DNA of 63,195 nt, filler included, from Octopus bimaculoides (GCF_001194135.2; 4 parts of 4 records of this genome joined end to end with filler, not necessarily neighbours in it), one strand, 5' to 3'; positions 47,640 through 60,950 are shown, counted from the first letter of the whole stretch. Translations and numbers: made by a program. Notes: generated by a model from the sequence alone, not told the origin.

Positions 47640-50600
47640 ACCTCAGTTTATGAGAGACAAGAGTTTCCAAAGGAACTCTGATTGTAATAGCGAACATGAA
47701 GCTGGACCTTTAAAAGAAGGCCTCTCGCTTGGCAGTGGTTCAGTAAAGATGCAGACTGACCACAGCTGTTATCTGAATGCAGCATCAGCAGATAATCGAG
47801 TAAGGAGGAGGAAGTGGACCAGCAAAGAAAACAGGATAGTAATGCAGTGCTACTTAGAAAGTGAACCTAAAAGGAGCTATAGAAAACGGATGTTAATACA
47901 TTGGGTAGAAAAGGGTATGTTTAAAGTGGCTGAGCATAGACTAGTAGATCAACCTAATGCTATTAGGAGAAGAATGTAGATGACAGAATTGGAGGTGAGA
48001 GAGATCACAAGAGAACTGGAAAAGAAGGACCAGGCAGTAGGAAAGACAAACAACAACATAAGAGATACAGCTCAAACCAAAGAACCTAAAAAAAAAAATA
48101 ATAATAGCATTACGAATGAGGAAGGGACAACTGGCATCAGTGATTTAAGTGAAGAAAATCAGAAGATTTTAGATGAGTTGCAGGAAGTAATGAGTAAAGA
48201 AGTAAGAAAAAGATTGCCAGCATTAAAAGGCACCAACAGAAGGAAGCTGCTAGATATGACTAGGAAAGTAGATTCAGTTATCAGTAGGATAGATACTAAA
48301 AATATGAGACACTAACTTACTGATCTATGCAGGAGGGGTAACAGTAACGAGATTAGATATCTCACAGGGAGAGATTAAAAAATAGCAAATGTGGAAAAGG
48401 AGACTACAAAATAAAGTGAAGGCTTTAAGACAAGATCTGAGTAGAAAAGAAACCTGGAAACTGAACAAGTTAAGAAATACAAGATGTAATTCTTCCCTTG
48501 AGAAAAGATACTTAATCAAAGAGAAAGGATTTGGGACAGTAATAGAAGAGTTGAAACAGCATATCATAGCAGTAGCAGGCAAACTTTATAGATATCAGAA
48601 AATAATAGATCAGTATCAATAAAATAGATTATTTGAGACAGACCAAAGGAGATTTTTCTAACCAAATAAATAGTGGAGAAGAAGTACTGAAGATGAGAAA
48701 CCTAATGCAGAAGAAGTTAGAAAGCTCAGGAGTAATATTTGGGATCAGCCAGCCAATCATAATGGAGATGCAGTATGATTAAAGAAAGTGAGGGAAGAAG
48801 TAGTGAGTGAGAAGTAGCCAAATCTAAGACTAACTAGTGCATTAATGAGTAAAGTGTTAGGAAAAATGCCAAATTGGAAGGGTCGAGGACCAGATTTAAT
48901 TCAAGGGTACTAGCTAAAGAAATTTAGTAGTTTACATGGGAAGCTGAGGGAAAAACTTCAGGATTGCTTTAATGGAGGGAGGACAATACTCATTATGAAA
49001 GATGAGAGCAAGGGTAATACAGCTAGCAACTATAAACCAATCATTTGCTTACCATTAGTGTAGAAGCTGTTAACAGGAATGCTTTCAGAAAGCATTTATG
49101 AACACCTTGACAACCAGAATTTACTGCCAGAATGGAAAGGTTGCAGGAAGAAGGTGAGAGGAACACATGATTTATTATACATAGACAAAGCAGTTCTAAA
49201 TGAAGTAAAAGCTAGAAAGAAAAATCTAACACTTGCATGAGTAGATTATAGGAAAGCGTATGTCATGATCCCACACTCATGAATAAGTGACTGTTTCAAT
49301 ATGTTCAGTATAGCAGACAACATAAGAGAATCAATTAGCTTTAACATGGAGAAATGGAAAGTAGATCTCTACTCAGGTGACAAACACTTAGGGAATGCTA
49401 ATATCAAAAGAGGAATTTTCCAGGGGGTACTCATTGTCCCCTTTAATATTTGTCTTATGTTTGATCCCCCCTCAGTTTAGTATTAAGGAAGGCAAAGGCA
49501 GGGTACCAGTTCAGAAATAGTAAGGGAAAAATTAACCATCTGCTCTACATGAATGATCTGAAACTTTTTAGTAAGAATGAAAAAGAGATAGATTCCTTAA
49601 TACAGACTGTAAGACTCTTCAGCAAAGATATAGGTATGGAATTTGGCATAGATAACTGTGTAATATTAGTCATGAGAAGGGGACAGGTAGTCAACAGCAA
49701 AGGCATCCAATTACCAATGGCCAGGCATTAAAATCATTGAAAGGAGGAGAGAGTTATAAGTATCTTGGAGTATTAGAATCTGACAAAGTACTAACTACAG
49801 AAATGAAAACAAAAATTGAGAAGGAGTACATCAGAAGGATGAGGAAGCTAATGAAGTCAAAGTTAAATTGCCTGAATCTAGTGAAGGCTGTAAATATTTG
49901 GGCAGTATCATTACTTACATACTCAGCAGCTTTTGTAGATTGGATAAAAACTGAACTAGCAAAGCTAGACGGAAGAACTAGAAAGGAATTCAATGAGAAT
50001 GGAGGCCTCTACCTGAGAGCAGGAGTAGCAAGATTATACTTACCTAGAAAGGAAGGCAGAAGCGGGGTTAATATCAGTAGAAAACTGTGTGGAGTTAGGT
50101 AGAGTAGATATAGACTCATTTGTAGGTAATAGTGAAGAAAATTTATTAAAAGCTGCTGGAGTTACAGCAAGACATAGGGAAACCAAAAACCCGAATGAAG
50201 TTAAAAACCAGAAAAAAGAACAGAAATTATCTGACTGGTGAGAGAAGGCATTGCATGGTAGATTCCCAAAGATATTTGCCGTAAAGAGTAGTAGTGAGAA
50301 ATGTTTATGGTTGCAGAAAGAAAAGCTGAAAAGGGAGACAGAGAGTTTGTTAGTAGTGGCACAGGATTAAGCAATAAGGACTAATTGGATAAAAAAACCA
50401 AGATAGATAAAAACCAAGTAGATTCCCAATGTAGGTTATGCAAATCTAAAGAGGAAAGCATTACTATATATAGTAAGTGAATGTAGCATGCTAGCACAGA
50501 AAGAATACAAAAACAAATACATGACAACCTAGGAAGAGTAATCCACTGGGAGTTATGTAGAAAGCTAGGATTTGAACATACTGATAAATAGTATGAACAT

Positions 50601-51070
50601 GAATCTAGTAAAGTACTAGAAAGTAAGAAATACAAGATGTTGTGTGACTTTAACATTCAGACTGGCAGAGTAATAGAAGCTAGAAGACTTGATTTAGTAG
50701 TAGATAAAGAGAATAGAAAATGCCAGATAATGACGAAAAAATCAATATGAAAGGTATAGAGAAAATAACAAAGTACCAAGACCTAGCTATTGAATTTCAA
50801 AGACTATGGAAAGTGCAGGTAAAATGTATTTCAGAAGTTATAGGTGCATTGGGAACTATCCCTAAAGATCTGAACAAATAGAGAGAGGAAATAGGCACAA
50901 AACCCAGTTTAGTACAGCTCCAGAAAAGTGTTATTAGGGATAACTAGGATACTTAGGAGGGTTCATGGCATCTAAGGTTACTTGATGTAGCCCAATGTTA
51001 GGATTTTTCTTTTCCAACAGTCTAATCTGTTGTGTGCATATGAAAATAATAATAGTCATAATAATAATGA
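47640..51070 (+). mobile_element. Near full-length decayed R4/Dong-clade non-LTR retrotransposon
   Basis: RRKWTSKENRIVMQCY...YRKRM..HW; MWKRRLQNK..LRQDLS; NWKG.GPD; YKPI.CLP; DY.KAY..IPH; RGIFQG; HLLYMNDLKL; KYLG; LYLPRKEG; CRLCKSKEESI..IVSEC..LAQKEYK; KYQDLAIE..RLW...IGALGTIPK; (AAT)n tail at ~51045-51070. Many stops. Confidence 0.95.
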
Positions 51071-51285
51071 TGATTTCAAATTTTGGCACAAGACCAGCAA
51101 ATTTGGGGAAGAGGATAAGTTGAATAGATTGACCCTACTGTTGAACTGGTACTTATTTTATTGAGCCCAGAAGGATGAAAGGCGAAGTTGACACCAGCAA
51201 CATTTAGAACCCTGTATGTAAAGAAACGAAATGCTGCGAAGCATTTTGCCTGGGATGCTAACAATTCTGTCAGTTTACCACCATA
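51070..51285 (-). mobile_element. SINE family A in the tail of the R4-like element
   Basis: TTTTGGCACAAGACCAGCAAATTTGGGG...CTGGTACTTATTTTATTGA.CCCAGAAGGATGAAAGGC.AAGTTGAC. Confidence 0.85.
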
Positions 51286-51304
51286 ATAATAATAATAATA
51301 ATAA

Positions 51305-52678
51305 CGAGTTAGATCAATACTAAAAACAGAGCTCAATGCTAAAAACAAGATAATGGGTATCAACACTTTAGCTGTCCCAGTTATAAGCTACAGCTACAAC
51401 ATCCTTAACTGGACACTAAACGAACTATGTAAAATAGACAGGAAAACAAGAAAAATAATGACAGGATATAGGATGCACCACCCAAAATCTGACATAGAAA
51501 GGCTATATATACAATGCACAGAAGGTGGCAGGGGTCTTATATGGCTAGAAAACTATTATAAAATAACCACCATAGGACTGTAAAAATACCTACTCCAGAA
51601 GCAAGGGAAGCTAATACAAATAGCCACAAAACACGAGCAAAACAAAAAACTGTTTTCAGTATTTAAGAAAGCTGACAAATACAAACAAGAAATCAATCTA
51701 NNNNNNNNNNNNNNNNNNNNNNNNNNNNNNNNNNNNNNNNNNNNNNNNNNNNNNNNNNNNNNNNNNNNNNNNNNNNNNNNNNNNNNNNNNNNNNNNNNNN
51801 NNNNNNNNNNNNNNNNNNNNNNNNNNNNNNNNNNNNNNNNNNNNNNNNNNNNNNNNNNNNNNNNNNNNNNNNNNNNNNNNNNNNNNNNNNNNNNNNNNNN
51901 NNNNNNNNNNNNNNNNNNNNNNNNNNNNNNNNNNNNNNNNNNNNNNNNNNNNNNNNNNNNNNNNNNNNNNNNNNNNNNNNNNNNNNNNNNNNNNNNNNNN
52001 NNNNNNNNNNNNNNNNNNNNNNNNNNNNNNNNNNNNNNNNNNNNNNNNNNNNNNNNNNNNNNNNNNNNNNNNNNNNNNNNNNNNNNNNNNNNNNNNNNNN
52101 NNNNNNNNNNNNNNNNNNNNNNNNNNNNNNNNNNNNNNNNNNNNNNNNNNNNNNNNNNNNNNNNNNNNNNNNNNNNNNNNNNNNNNNNNNNNNNNNNNNN
52201 NNNNNNNNNNNNNNNNNNNNNNNNNNNNNNNNNNNNNNNNNNNNNNNNNNNNNNNNNNNNNNNNNNNNNNNNNNNNNNNNNNNNNNNNNNNNNNNNNNNN
52301 NNNNNNNNNNNNNNNNNNNNNNNNNNNNNNNNNNNNNNNNNNAAAACTTTCAAAATACAAAGACCTGGAAATAAAGATAACTCGAATGTGGAGTCTAAAA
52401 ACAGAAACAATTCCTATCATAGTAGGTGCCTTAGGTATAATAAAAAAATATTCAGACAAATACATAACAAAAACACCAGGACTTACAAATATATATAACA
52501 TACAGAAAATTGCACTACTGGGTACTGCACACATTCTACGCAAAACACTTTCAATACAGTAAACATAAGAGCACCACAGCAAACCACAGCACATACCCAA
52601 GGCGCACAGAGCTGCGCTCGGTAGTGAAGTGAAAGCACGTTATAAAAATAAAACTACTGAACAATAATAATAATAATA
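51305..52678 (+). mobile_element. 5'-truncated young R4/Dong-clade LINE inserted in (TAA)n (gap 51701-52342 inside)
   Basis: ILKTELNAKNKIMGINTLAVPVISYSY.ILNW...DRKTRK...HHPKSDIERLYI...GGRGL before the gap; KLSKYKDLEIKITRMWSLKTETIPIIVGALG...LRKTLSIQ* after it; (TAA)n on both flanks. Confidence 0.92.
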
Positions 52679-54315
52679 AAGTTCTTGATTGTGACTTACA
52701 GCTAAGACAAAAAGGATAGAGTGCTAACAAACTGAAATACAACTGACACAAAAACATTACATCTTTTTAACAAAATAAGTGATGTTATTTGAAATAGTCT
52801 CAAATTAGAATAAAGTGTTGAGTGAAAAAATAATCCTAGAAATCCATGGTAAGCAAAAATGGAAAATGTCACTAAGCTGTAAATTTGCTTTCCAATGAAA
52901 AGATGTGCCTTTTTGTTAATGAAAAAAAAAAAATGGTAAAAACTGACAAAAATGTAGTAATAGCAGCTGTGGAAGTAAAACTAGTGACAGACAGGCTACT
53001 TTGGCACAAACAAATAATTCTAGATAAGCAAACATTTTTTTTATTGGGTTTATTAAAACAAGTCATAGTAATAAAATCTTTTTAAGCAGTAAATTATATA
53101 TATATTTTTTTTTTTTTTGTGCCAGAAAATTATATTTCTCAACATTTTTCATATCTGCAGAGAGGTCAATAAAAAAAATATCCAAACATTTTGTGAATAC
53201 GAAAAAGATTTTTCTTTTTCTTTTCTTATAAAGATTTTATTATTAATATGAATGTTATTATTATTATTTTATACAATTTATACCTCTTAAAATGAATATT
53301 ATCATTGGGAAATGATCTGCAGTGCAAAAAATCAGTTCAATAATTTTTGTGTATTCTATGAAGAGAAACCTTATGAAACTCAAAATGTTTAAAATTCTCT
53401 TCTTACAATACAAACTTATTCCAATCTGTGAATATTTTTGCATGTAAGCTAATTATGTATATTTGTCAGAATACAGTAGATTGAATAGTCTCTTGATACC
53501 TACTCAAGGTAAATATGAAGTTTAATACTGCTTAGAAGAGGGAAATGAATGTCCTAAAGTTCATTCCTTTCTCAGAGTATTTAGAGTTGTAAGAGAAGTG
53601 AAATATTTACAGCTAGACATTAAAATGGCACATGGTTTTCCTTCTCATTTTTCTTATGTTGTTTAGTTATAAGTCAACTGTGACTAAGGACACTTATGAT
53701 GAAAGCTATATATTTTAAGGCATTGCATATCTAACATACAGCTATATATTTTAAGGCACTGCATATCAAACAATGTACATTGTGTTCTTTCTTAAGAAAA
53801 CATTAGTATCTAGAAGTATTGAACCCATAATTATCACAGGTTCTCTGAGAGTGGATAGATCAGCACAATTAATATTTATTCAGTTAATATTTCTACAAGA
53901 AAAGCCATAGGCATGTTGGGTCACCAGAGGGTCAATGTTCTCAGTAAGAAGCAATGAGCAAAGTAGATAGTGCAGAGATTAAGCATGCTATGGGTGATGA
54001 GAAGAGGAAAAATAAGTGAATCAGAAATGCTTGAATAGAGGTAACATGAAGCCAACCAGTTACATGGAGCAGATGGTAGAATAGGTGGGAGGAGGTGACT
54101 GTAGGTCTGTGAGCCAGAAGTTAGAGTGGGTCAGTGAACAATTTCACACTAATCAGTGGAATCCTTTATGCGGGTCCCTAAAGAGTAATCAGATATATCA
54201 TTACATATAAATTATCTAATTATATTAATTTGTCCATATATTTATTTGTCTTATCAGCTTGTTTAAGAATGATATGGCATGTACAAATTACTCCAGAGTG
54301 GTATTTAATTTTCAA

Positions 54316-54360
54316 TCTTATATATAATAAAGCTGAAGTTGTGTATCTGTGTGAAGCCTT
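54316..54360 (+). mobile_element. Possible Helitron-like 5' terminus
   Basis: A|TCTTATATATAATAAAGCTGAAGTTGTGT; no matching hairpin-CTAG 3' end identified. Confidence 0.35.
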
Positions 54361-55074
54361 CTTAAAAGTTTATAGAAATTCACATTTTCCACTTTTTCGT
54401 AAATTTTTTTACATCAATGGAATTTTCTCGATGTGAATTTTCCAGTGCAGTAATTAGATTTTTAAAATTCTGTTTACTTAAGGGAGATTTGACTTGTTTC
54501 TAGCAACTTTTATATTTCTTCCCTTCTACCTGTACTGGCGTACTTACACATCGATCACGCGCTCAACATATAATATAGAGAGTAAGAGTAAAAGAGGGAG
54601 AGAGAGAGAGAGAGAAAAAGTGATACATATAAAGTCATAGATTAACTTGGTTTACCTTTTCTCTCTTCTTCTTCCTCTCTCCTATTTAATACCTTTCTTC
54701 TATCCCTCTACCTCTAACATATTTTTCATAACATAGAAACGTAAAAACACGCACAGCCACACATACGTGATCTGTGACAACAACATACACATAAACACAT
54801 CAACATTATAGATATAAGATTTACTTTGTGTGTGTTTCTTATATAAACACGCGCATGCATTGCTATTTTATAACTGTCTTCCGTTCTCCCTTCCTCTCTT
54901 TCTCTCTCTTCATTGCTCCCATTCTCTATTCCTTTCTCCCCCTCTCTCTCTTCCTCTCTCGCTCTCTCAATGCAAATAAGCGCACGTACACACAATCATT
55001 CACTAAAATATAACTCATGTTCGTCAATGTTTTGGACAACATATTGCAAATCAGTGAACTTCATTAGAAATGTG

Positions 55075-55237
55075 GGTAATTTTTCAGATTAACACCCGCA
55101 CGATTTTCACTATGGTGTTAGGGTTAGGGTTTTAGGGTTAGGGTTTTAGGGTTAGGGTTTAAGGTTAAGGTTAGGGTTAGGGTTTGGGTTAGGATTAGGG
55201 TTAGGTAATCGTGCAGGTGTTAATCTGAAAAATTACC
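55075..55237. mobile_element. 163-bp MITE with 31-bp TIRs, 8-bp TSD and internal TTAGGG array (Merlin-like termini)
   Basis: TIR GGTAATTTTTCAGATTAACACC(C/T)GCACGATT (1 mismatch); TSD GAAATGTG at 55067-55074 and 55238-55245; interior 55117-55205 is TTAGGG and variants. Confidence 0.92.
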
Positions 55238-57859
55238 GAAATGTGAAAACTACTGACCCTGCCATCTGTTATAACTTTTGCTGTTCTGTTTAATATATAC
55301 ATAGATTATGTATCCAAAGAAGAGAGTTTGCTGGGAAAAGAATGCAACCGGTTTAAAAAGACAGCAACAGACTGCAGCAATTCACCACATTCCAGAAGCT
55401 ACTTTGAACATAATGTAAAATGGTGCATTGAACATCTACTGCCCAATCTGATAGAATTCTGGCAGAACTGTGTAGCAACAGATCACCAGCAATTGCCGTC
55501 CTAGCTCCTGCGAAAAGGGATTACCCTGCTATGTATAATCAGGGCAGCGCCAAAAGTTTTTTTGCACAAGCATTTCTATAGCCAATTAGATGGACGAAAT
55601 TTACATACGCTTAATAATGTTATGAAAAACAGCCTTCAGACTTTCCCTATTAATTTCATCGTCTTTTGAATTATGAACATATTTACATCATAAGGGTTTT
55701 TTTGTTGTAAGGCTTTCTTTCTTAGTTGATTTTTACCTAGCAAGACTTATTGTAGATGGTGTAATAAGTCACACCCAGACAACATCAGGTTGTACTGCTA
55801 GTTAGCAATAATATGAGGTTCATACTGTGGTACAGTTATCATTTCAGATATCAACCTTCAATAGAAATTAGATCAGGGACAGGATTAACAGATACTTACC
55901 ATAATGTACCTATCTATCATAGTATACAACCAAGATACAATAAAATTAATAATTATTTTGAGAATTACCACACTAAGTTGAAGTTTTTGGCTTGTATTTT
56001 GAGAGATGGTAACAAACTCACATTTTTATGATTTCTCAATTAATTAAAAAAGAATAATTTTTAATCGGACTGTTTACATATTTGTACATACAATACATAG
56101 GTATTAAGTAATATGAGTTGATGTAAGAGAAACAACCGTGTTTATAACGTCACATATTAAACACTTTGAATATATTAAAGTGGATATATCAATATATATC
56201 TGCATCACCCCTATCATCTACATGTAAATTAAATACATGTTGAGTAAAAATGATGCAAGATATTCTGCAGGTAAGTTATAGACATGCATCTAACTCACCT
56301 ACAAGAATGGCTTTTAAATATAACACAATAATAATGTTAGAATAGTGGTAGAGATGTAGATGCAAACCAAACAAACACAAATACAGCCTAGATGCAAGTA
56401 ATTACCTGCAAATAACCAGCAGAGATCTAAGAGTATTTTAGATGTATAAAAGTAATTATCTGATACATATTATCATAAGCTGTTAACGAAAAATAAGTAG
56501 AAGCGTTAACTGCCCTAATTTATGGAAACTTCTATCCTACATTGATGTAAGCATATAGATTGGATGTCTTAGATGTTAGTAAATTTTCTTAAATAGTAAT
56601 GAAAAAAGATGATATTGTATAACAAAAGAAGACTAAAGATGAAATATTTGAATATAGAATAAAAACATTTATTATCAAACAGTTTGGCATGAAATCAATA
56701 CCTGCTAAAAGTATGCAGTTTGTCTTTATACAACAAGCAGTGATATTAAATGCAATATTTTAATAGTTTATATGTTGATAAAAAGGGCAGTTATGTGCAT
56801 ATTTAAATACAAATTTTGTTGTTATTATTTTTTTCCATAAAACGTGGTAAAAACTTACTGCAAATCAAAGCATTAAGAAAAAAAAAAGGAAATGAAACGA
56901 GCAATACATACATATATACATTGCAAATATATANNNNNNNNNNNNNNNNNNNNNNNNNNNNNNNNNNNNNNNNNNNNNNNNNNNNNNNNNNNNNNNNNNN
57001 NNNNNNNNNNNNNNNNNNNNNNNNNNNNNNNNNNNNNNNNNNNNNNNNNNNNNNNNNNNNNNNNNNNNNNNTTTTGAGACGCATTTTCTTTCTTCTTATA
57101 AAAAAAATTTTCCATGACAACTCAATAAATGGTTTCTCATAACAATGTTATAGTAACATAATTAGATTTACAAATAAGACTTAACCCGTTGGAAGAATGA
57201 GAAGTGAAAAGAAACCTATTTTAAGACATAATGGCCGATGGATGTCTTTATTCAATATAATGGAAGAACACAATACATAATAAAGTTGAAATTTTGTTTT
57301 TAATCTGTTCAACATAAAAACTCTATTAAAATTTTAACTTCAGATATCAACTTAGAATAAGGCAACAAGAGAAAGATTTAATCATCTAGAAAACTTGCTC
57401 TCCAAGTTGGAATAAAATAGCAAAAAAGCAAATGGAAATAAACATCTTATCTTTTCTATTGGGTAATACAAGAATAAGTGAAATATCATCTGAACTTTTC
57501 TTTTATTCTATATGAAGTGAACCAGTGTAATTTACATGAATTAATCTTGGGCCATTACATAATCATTCATCCTTCAAATATAGCAATAAAATTTCCCGTA
57601 TTCCTTTTGTTTTCACATTTCTGTTGAAATACCCTGCCTTTGTTTCAATTAATTTTGAAAATAGTGAAGAATTTAGTAAAATGATTTTGTCATTACTTAG
57701 CTGGTATTTGAAACCTAAGTTTACTAAACTTTTTATGGAAGACTTAAAATTTAGATCACTTTAAACAGAAAGCTTGTATCATAGAATCAAAGAAAGTTTT
57801 AGGTAGGTTGGTATCAAAAGGAAATTAAGTATAACCATAACATCTCATAAAAGGAGGAA

Positions 57860-57978
57860 TGCACTGGATAATGTGGTCCTTATACACTATAATCTAAAGC
57901 AGGATGGTCAAGGCTGGAATGTCTTTGATCATATGTCTACTAAATCTGGGCTGACCTGGAGCTAAACATCAACAACAA
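57860..57978 (+). mobile_element. SINE family D 3' end (related copies ~42330-42415 - and ~34065-34125 +)
   Basis: GGCTGGAA(T/C)G(T/C)CTTTGATC...TGACCTGGAG(C/T)TAAAC followed by an AAC tail. Confidence 0.6.
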
Positions 57979-59386
57979 TATACTTTATCCTTTACAATAG
58001 TATCAAGGTCAGAAATAGCTTGTAACTTTATGAGAACATGCATATATTCCAAGTATACTAATCCCATTCTCACCTCTAAACCTAACTGCTACCAAACCAA
58101 CACTGGTTCTGCACATCTTGTAGATCATCCTGATCACAAAGTCACATACTATACCCTCATTTCTGCTGGATGCTATTGCATTTCAGGTCAGCAAAATAGT
58201 TAGAGTTCTATCAGTTGTATACTAACTGTCCCTGGCAACATAACTACTTTACCCTCTAAATATATCAGGGACAGTTAAACAGGCAAGTGAACTCATCACT
58301 TTAGGCTTTTGTCTCCACATCCTCCACACAACCAAAACACACAACCCTAAATTATTTATTCATAGTTGTGCTGCAGCAATGCAGGTTCTTTCTGAAGACA
58401 AACCCTTAGGGTCAGTAAACAATTATAGCTGAAAACTCTAGTGAATCCCACAATGTTCTACTACTATCATACACATGAACATCCAATGCTTGTGTCCAAA
58501 AAAGACAATTTATTAAAGGTGTCACTCACTAACCCACAGATGTGCTGTCCCCTCCTGTCTTTGAAAGGATAATATATAGTAAAGTATTCAATTTGAAAGC
58601 TGAAATGATGAATTTTCTGAAGTTGATTAAGAAATAACCAGAAGTATAGTAGTGATAAAACTAGGTAGAATTTCATGAGAAGTGATTTTGCAGAGCACAG
58701 CTAATTGTATATTACATTTTGAATTTTATGATATTTACTATGTTTATGAATTTCATTGTTTATTTTATGGAATTAAAACCTTTTCTGTAGAAAATGGTTC
58801 AATCCTCCGTGAATTATTGTTAGGTATGTGCTCATTACCAGAAGCTCCTCTTGATAATTAGGTGATATTTCCTCCCATACAATAGTTATAATCTACAAGA
58901 ATAACTTTAATTTTTGAATAATAGAAAAAGATACTGAACAACAAACTTAAGAGAAAATTTGATGCCTAAAGATATTTTTATTAATATCAACGATGATGTA
59001 GAACATAATGACATAGCTACTTCACATCTGCTTTTGGAAGCTCGTTAACAATGAGTTTTCTTTCTTTCAGATACTTCCAATGATCACTTCCAGCTATTTG
59101 AAAAATACAATATCCCACAGAATTTTAATTATTTCAATATATTCTAATTAATATTTACAAAAATTTACCATAGGAAAATTATAGATGATAAATGGAATCA
59201 GTTTAAATGATATCAAAGTAATATTTTTGAATGTGGGCCCTATTTGCTCTATTGTTGATACTATGTTCTAAATTCAACTGTTACACCATGGACAGCAAAC
59301 TTATGAGACATGTAACTGTATCTACAATGATGACAATAGTAATTACTGAAGAAGATTCACTGAAGTAGCAAACAGTACACAATGTA

Positions 59387-59587
59387 CAAGGTGTCCACAA
59401 AGTCTGAGTACATGGGGATTATCACATGCTTTAAGAAATTATTATTTCTTATATCTAATTGTTTATGTTATGGTTTTATTTACTCCATGTACCCACATGG
59501 GGATTAACACATACTTTAAGAAATTGTTTCTTATATTTATGTTATGATTTTATTTATTCTATGTATCTAGACTTTGTGGACACCCTG
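59387..59587. mobile_element. Tc1/mariner MITE with internal tandem duplication
   Basis: TA|CAAGGTGTCCACAAAGTCT ... AGACTTTGTGGACACCCTG|TA; ACATGGGGATTA.CACAT.CTTTAAGAAATT...TATGTTATG.TTTTATTTA occurs twice inside. Confidence 0.9.
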
Positions 59588-59757
59588 TAGAAATACACAA
59601 ACTAAAATTAGAAGACTGAACTATTCCCTGATCCAATCTATTTTAACCTCTCAGCACATTTGTGCACATGACTGACTGATTATACATTAAATACATTATG
59701 AACATAAGTCATCTAAGAATTAAGTAGGAAAAGGTTTCTAATTACTGCCAATAAATT

Positions 59758-60945
59758 CATCATCACCATCATCATTTAACGTCCACTGTCCATGTTGGTA
59801 TGGGTTGGACAGTTTGACCAGGGCTGGCAAGCTGGAAGGCTGCACCAGACTCGTCTGACTTGAGATGGTTTCTATGGCTGGATGCCCTTCCTAACGCCAA
59901 CCATTCTGAGAGTGTGATGCGTGCTATTATGTGCAACTGGCATGGGTGCCATTTGTGTGACACCAGTCTCTGCCATGGCTTGATGGGTCTTCTTTTCAAG
60001 CACAGTATAATCCCAAAGGTCTTGGTCATTCATCATTGCTTCTGTAAGGCCCAACACTCGGAAGGAGCTTTTCACATGACAATGGCACTGGCCACTTTGC
60101 TTCTATGAAGCCCAATACTTGAAAGGTGCTTTTTTCACACTACTGGCATGAGTGCCAGTTACGTGACACCAACATCGGCCATGACTATGGTTTCACTTTG
60201 CTTGACAGGTCTTCTCAAGCACAGCACATCACCAAAGGACTCAATCACTAGTCATTACCTCTGTGAGGCCCAAAGTTCAAAGATAATGCTTCACCACCTT
60301 GTCCCATGTCTTCTTGAGTTTTACCTCTTCCACAGGTTCCCTCCACAGTTAGAGATTGGCACTTCTTTACACAACTGTCCTTGTCCACACACATCACATG
60401 ATCATACCAGCGCAGTCGTCTCTCTTGCATACCACATCTGATGCCTCTTATGCCTAACTTTTCTCTCAAGATGCTTATACTCTGTTGAACATGCACACTG
60501 ACATTGCACATCCAATGAAGAATACTGGCTTCATTTCTTTCAAGCCTACGCATGTCCTCAGCTGTCACAGCTCATACAATCTGCCTTTCACTTGAAGAGA
60601 GAGGACCTTTGTTGCCAGGTGAGGTAGGAGCTCTCTGTACTTTGCCCAACCTGTTCTTATTCTCACAGCTACGCTCTAGGAGCATCCGCCTCCACTACTA
60701 ACTTGGTCACCTAGATAATGGAAGCTATCTACTGCCTCTAGCTTACCTGCCTAAAAGTTGATGGAGTCTATTTTCTGTACATTTTCAGTGTTTATTGTAT
60801 CTGTGCATCTTCCACACAAAACAGCTATTTTCCCTGTTAACCTTCCTCTGATATTGTTGCATATCTTATGCGTCCATAACATACACAAGGGTACATCTTA
60901 TGGAGTTTCTGCCTATGTCTTTTCTACAGATTGAGCAGGGCCATA
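59758..60945 (-). mobile_element. RTE-clade LINE 3' fragment
   Basis: WPCSICRK.IGRNSIRC; AVDSFHYLGDQ...RIRTGWAKYRELLP; EDMRRLERNEASIL.WM; LREKLGIRGI...RRLRWY.HV; 3' UTR with GGATGCCCTTCCTAACGCCAACC and a (GAT)n tail at 59758-59776. Confidence 0.9.
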
Positions 60946-60950
60946 TATAT

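Noticed and set aside
55117-55205. TTAGGG array as a true telomere or chromosome fusion site
   Set aside because: Short, degenerate, single orientation and enclosed by TIRs and a TSD.
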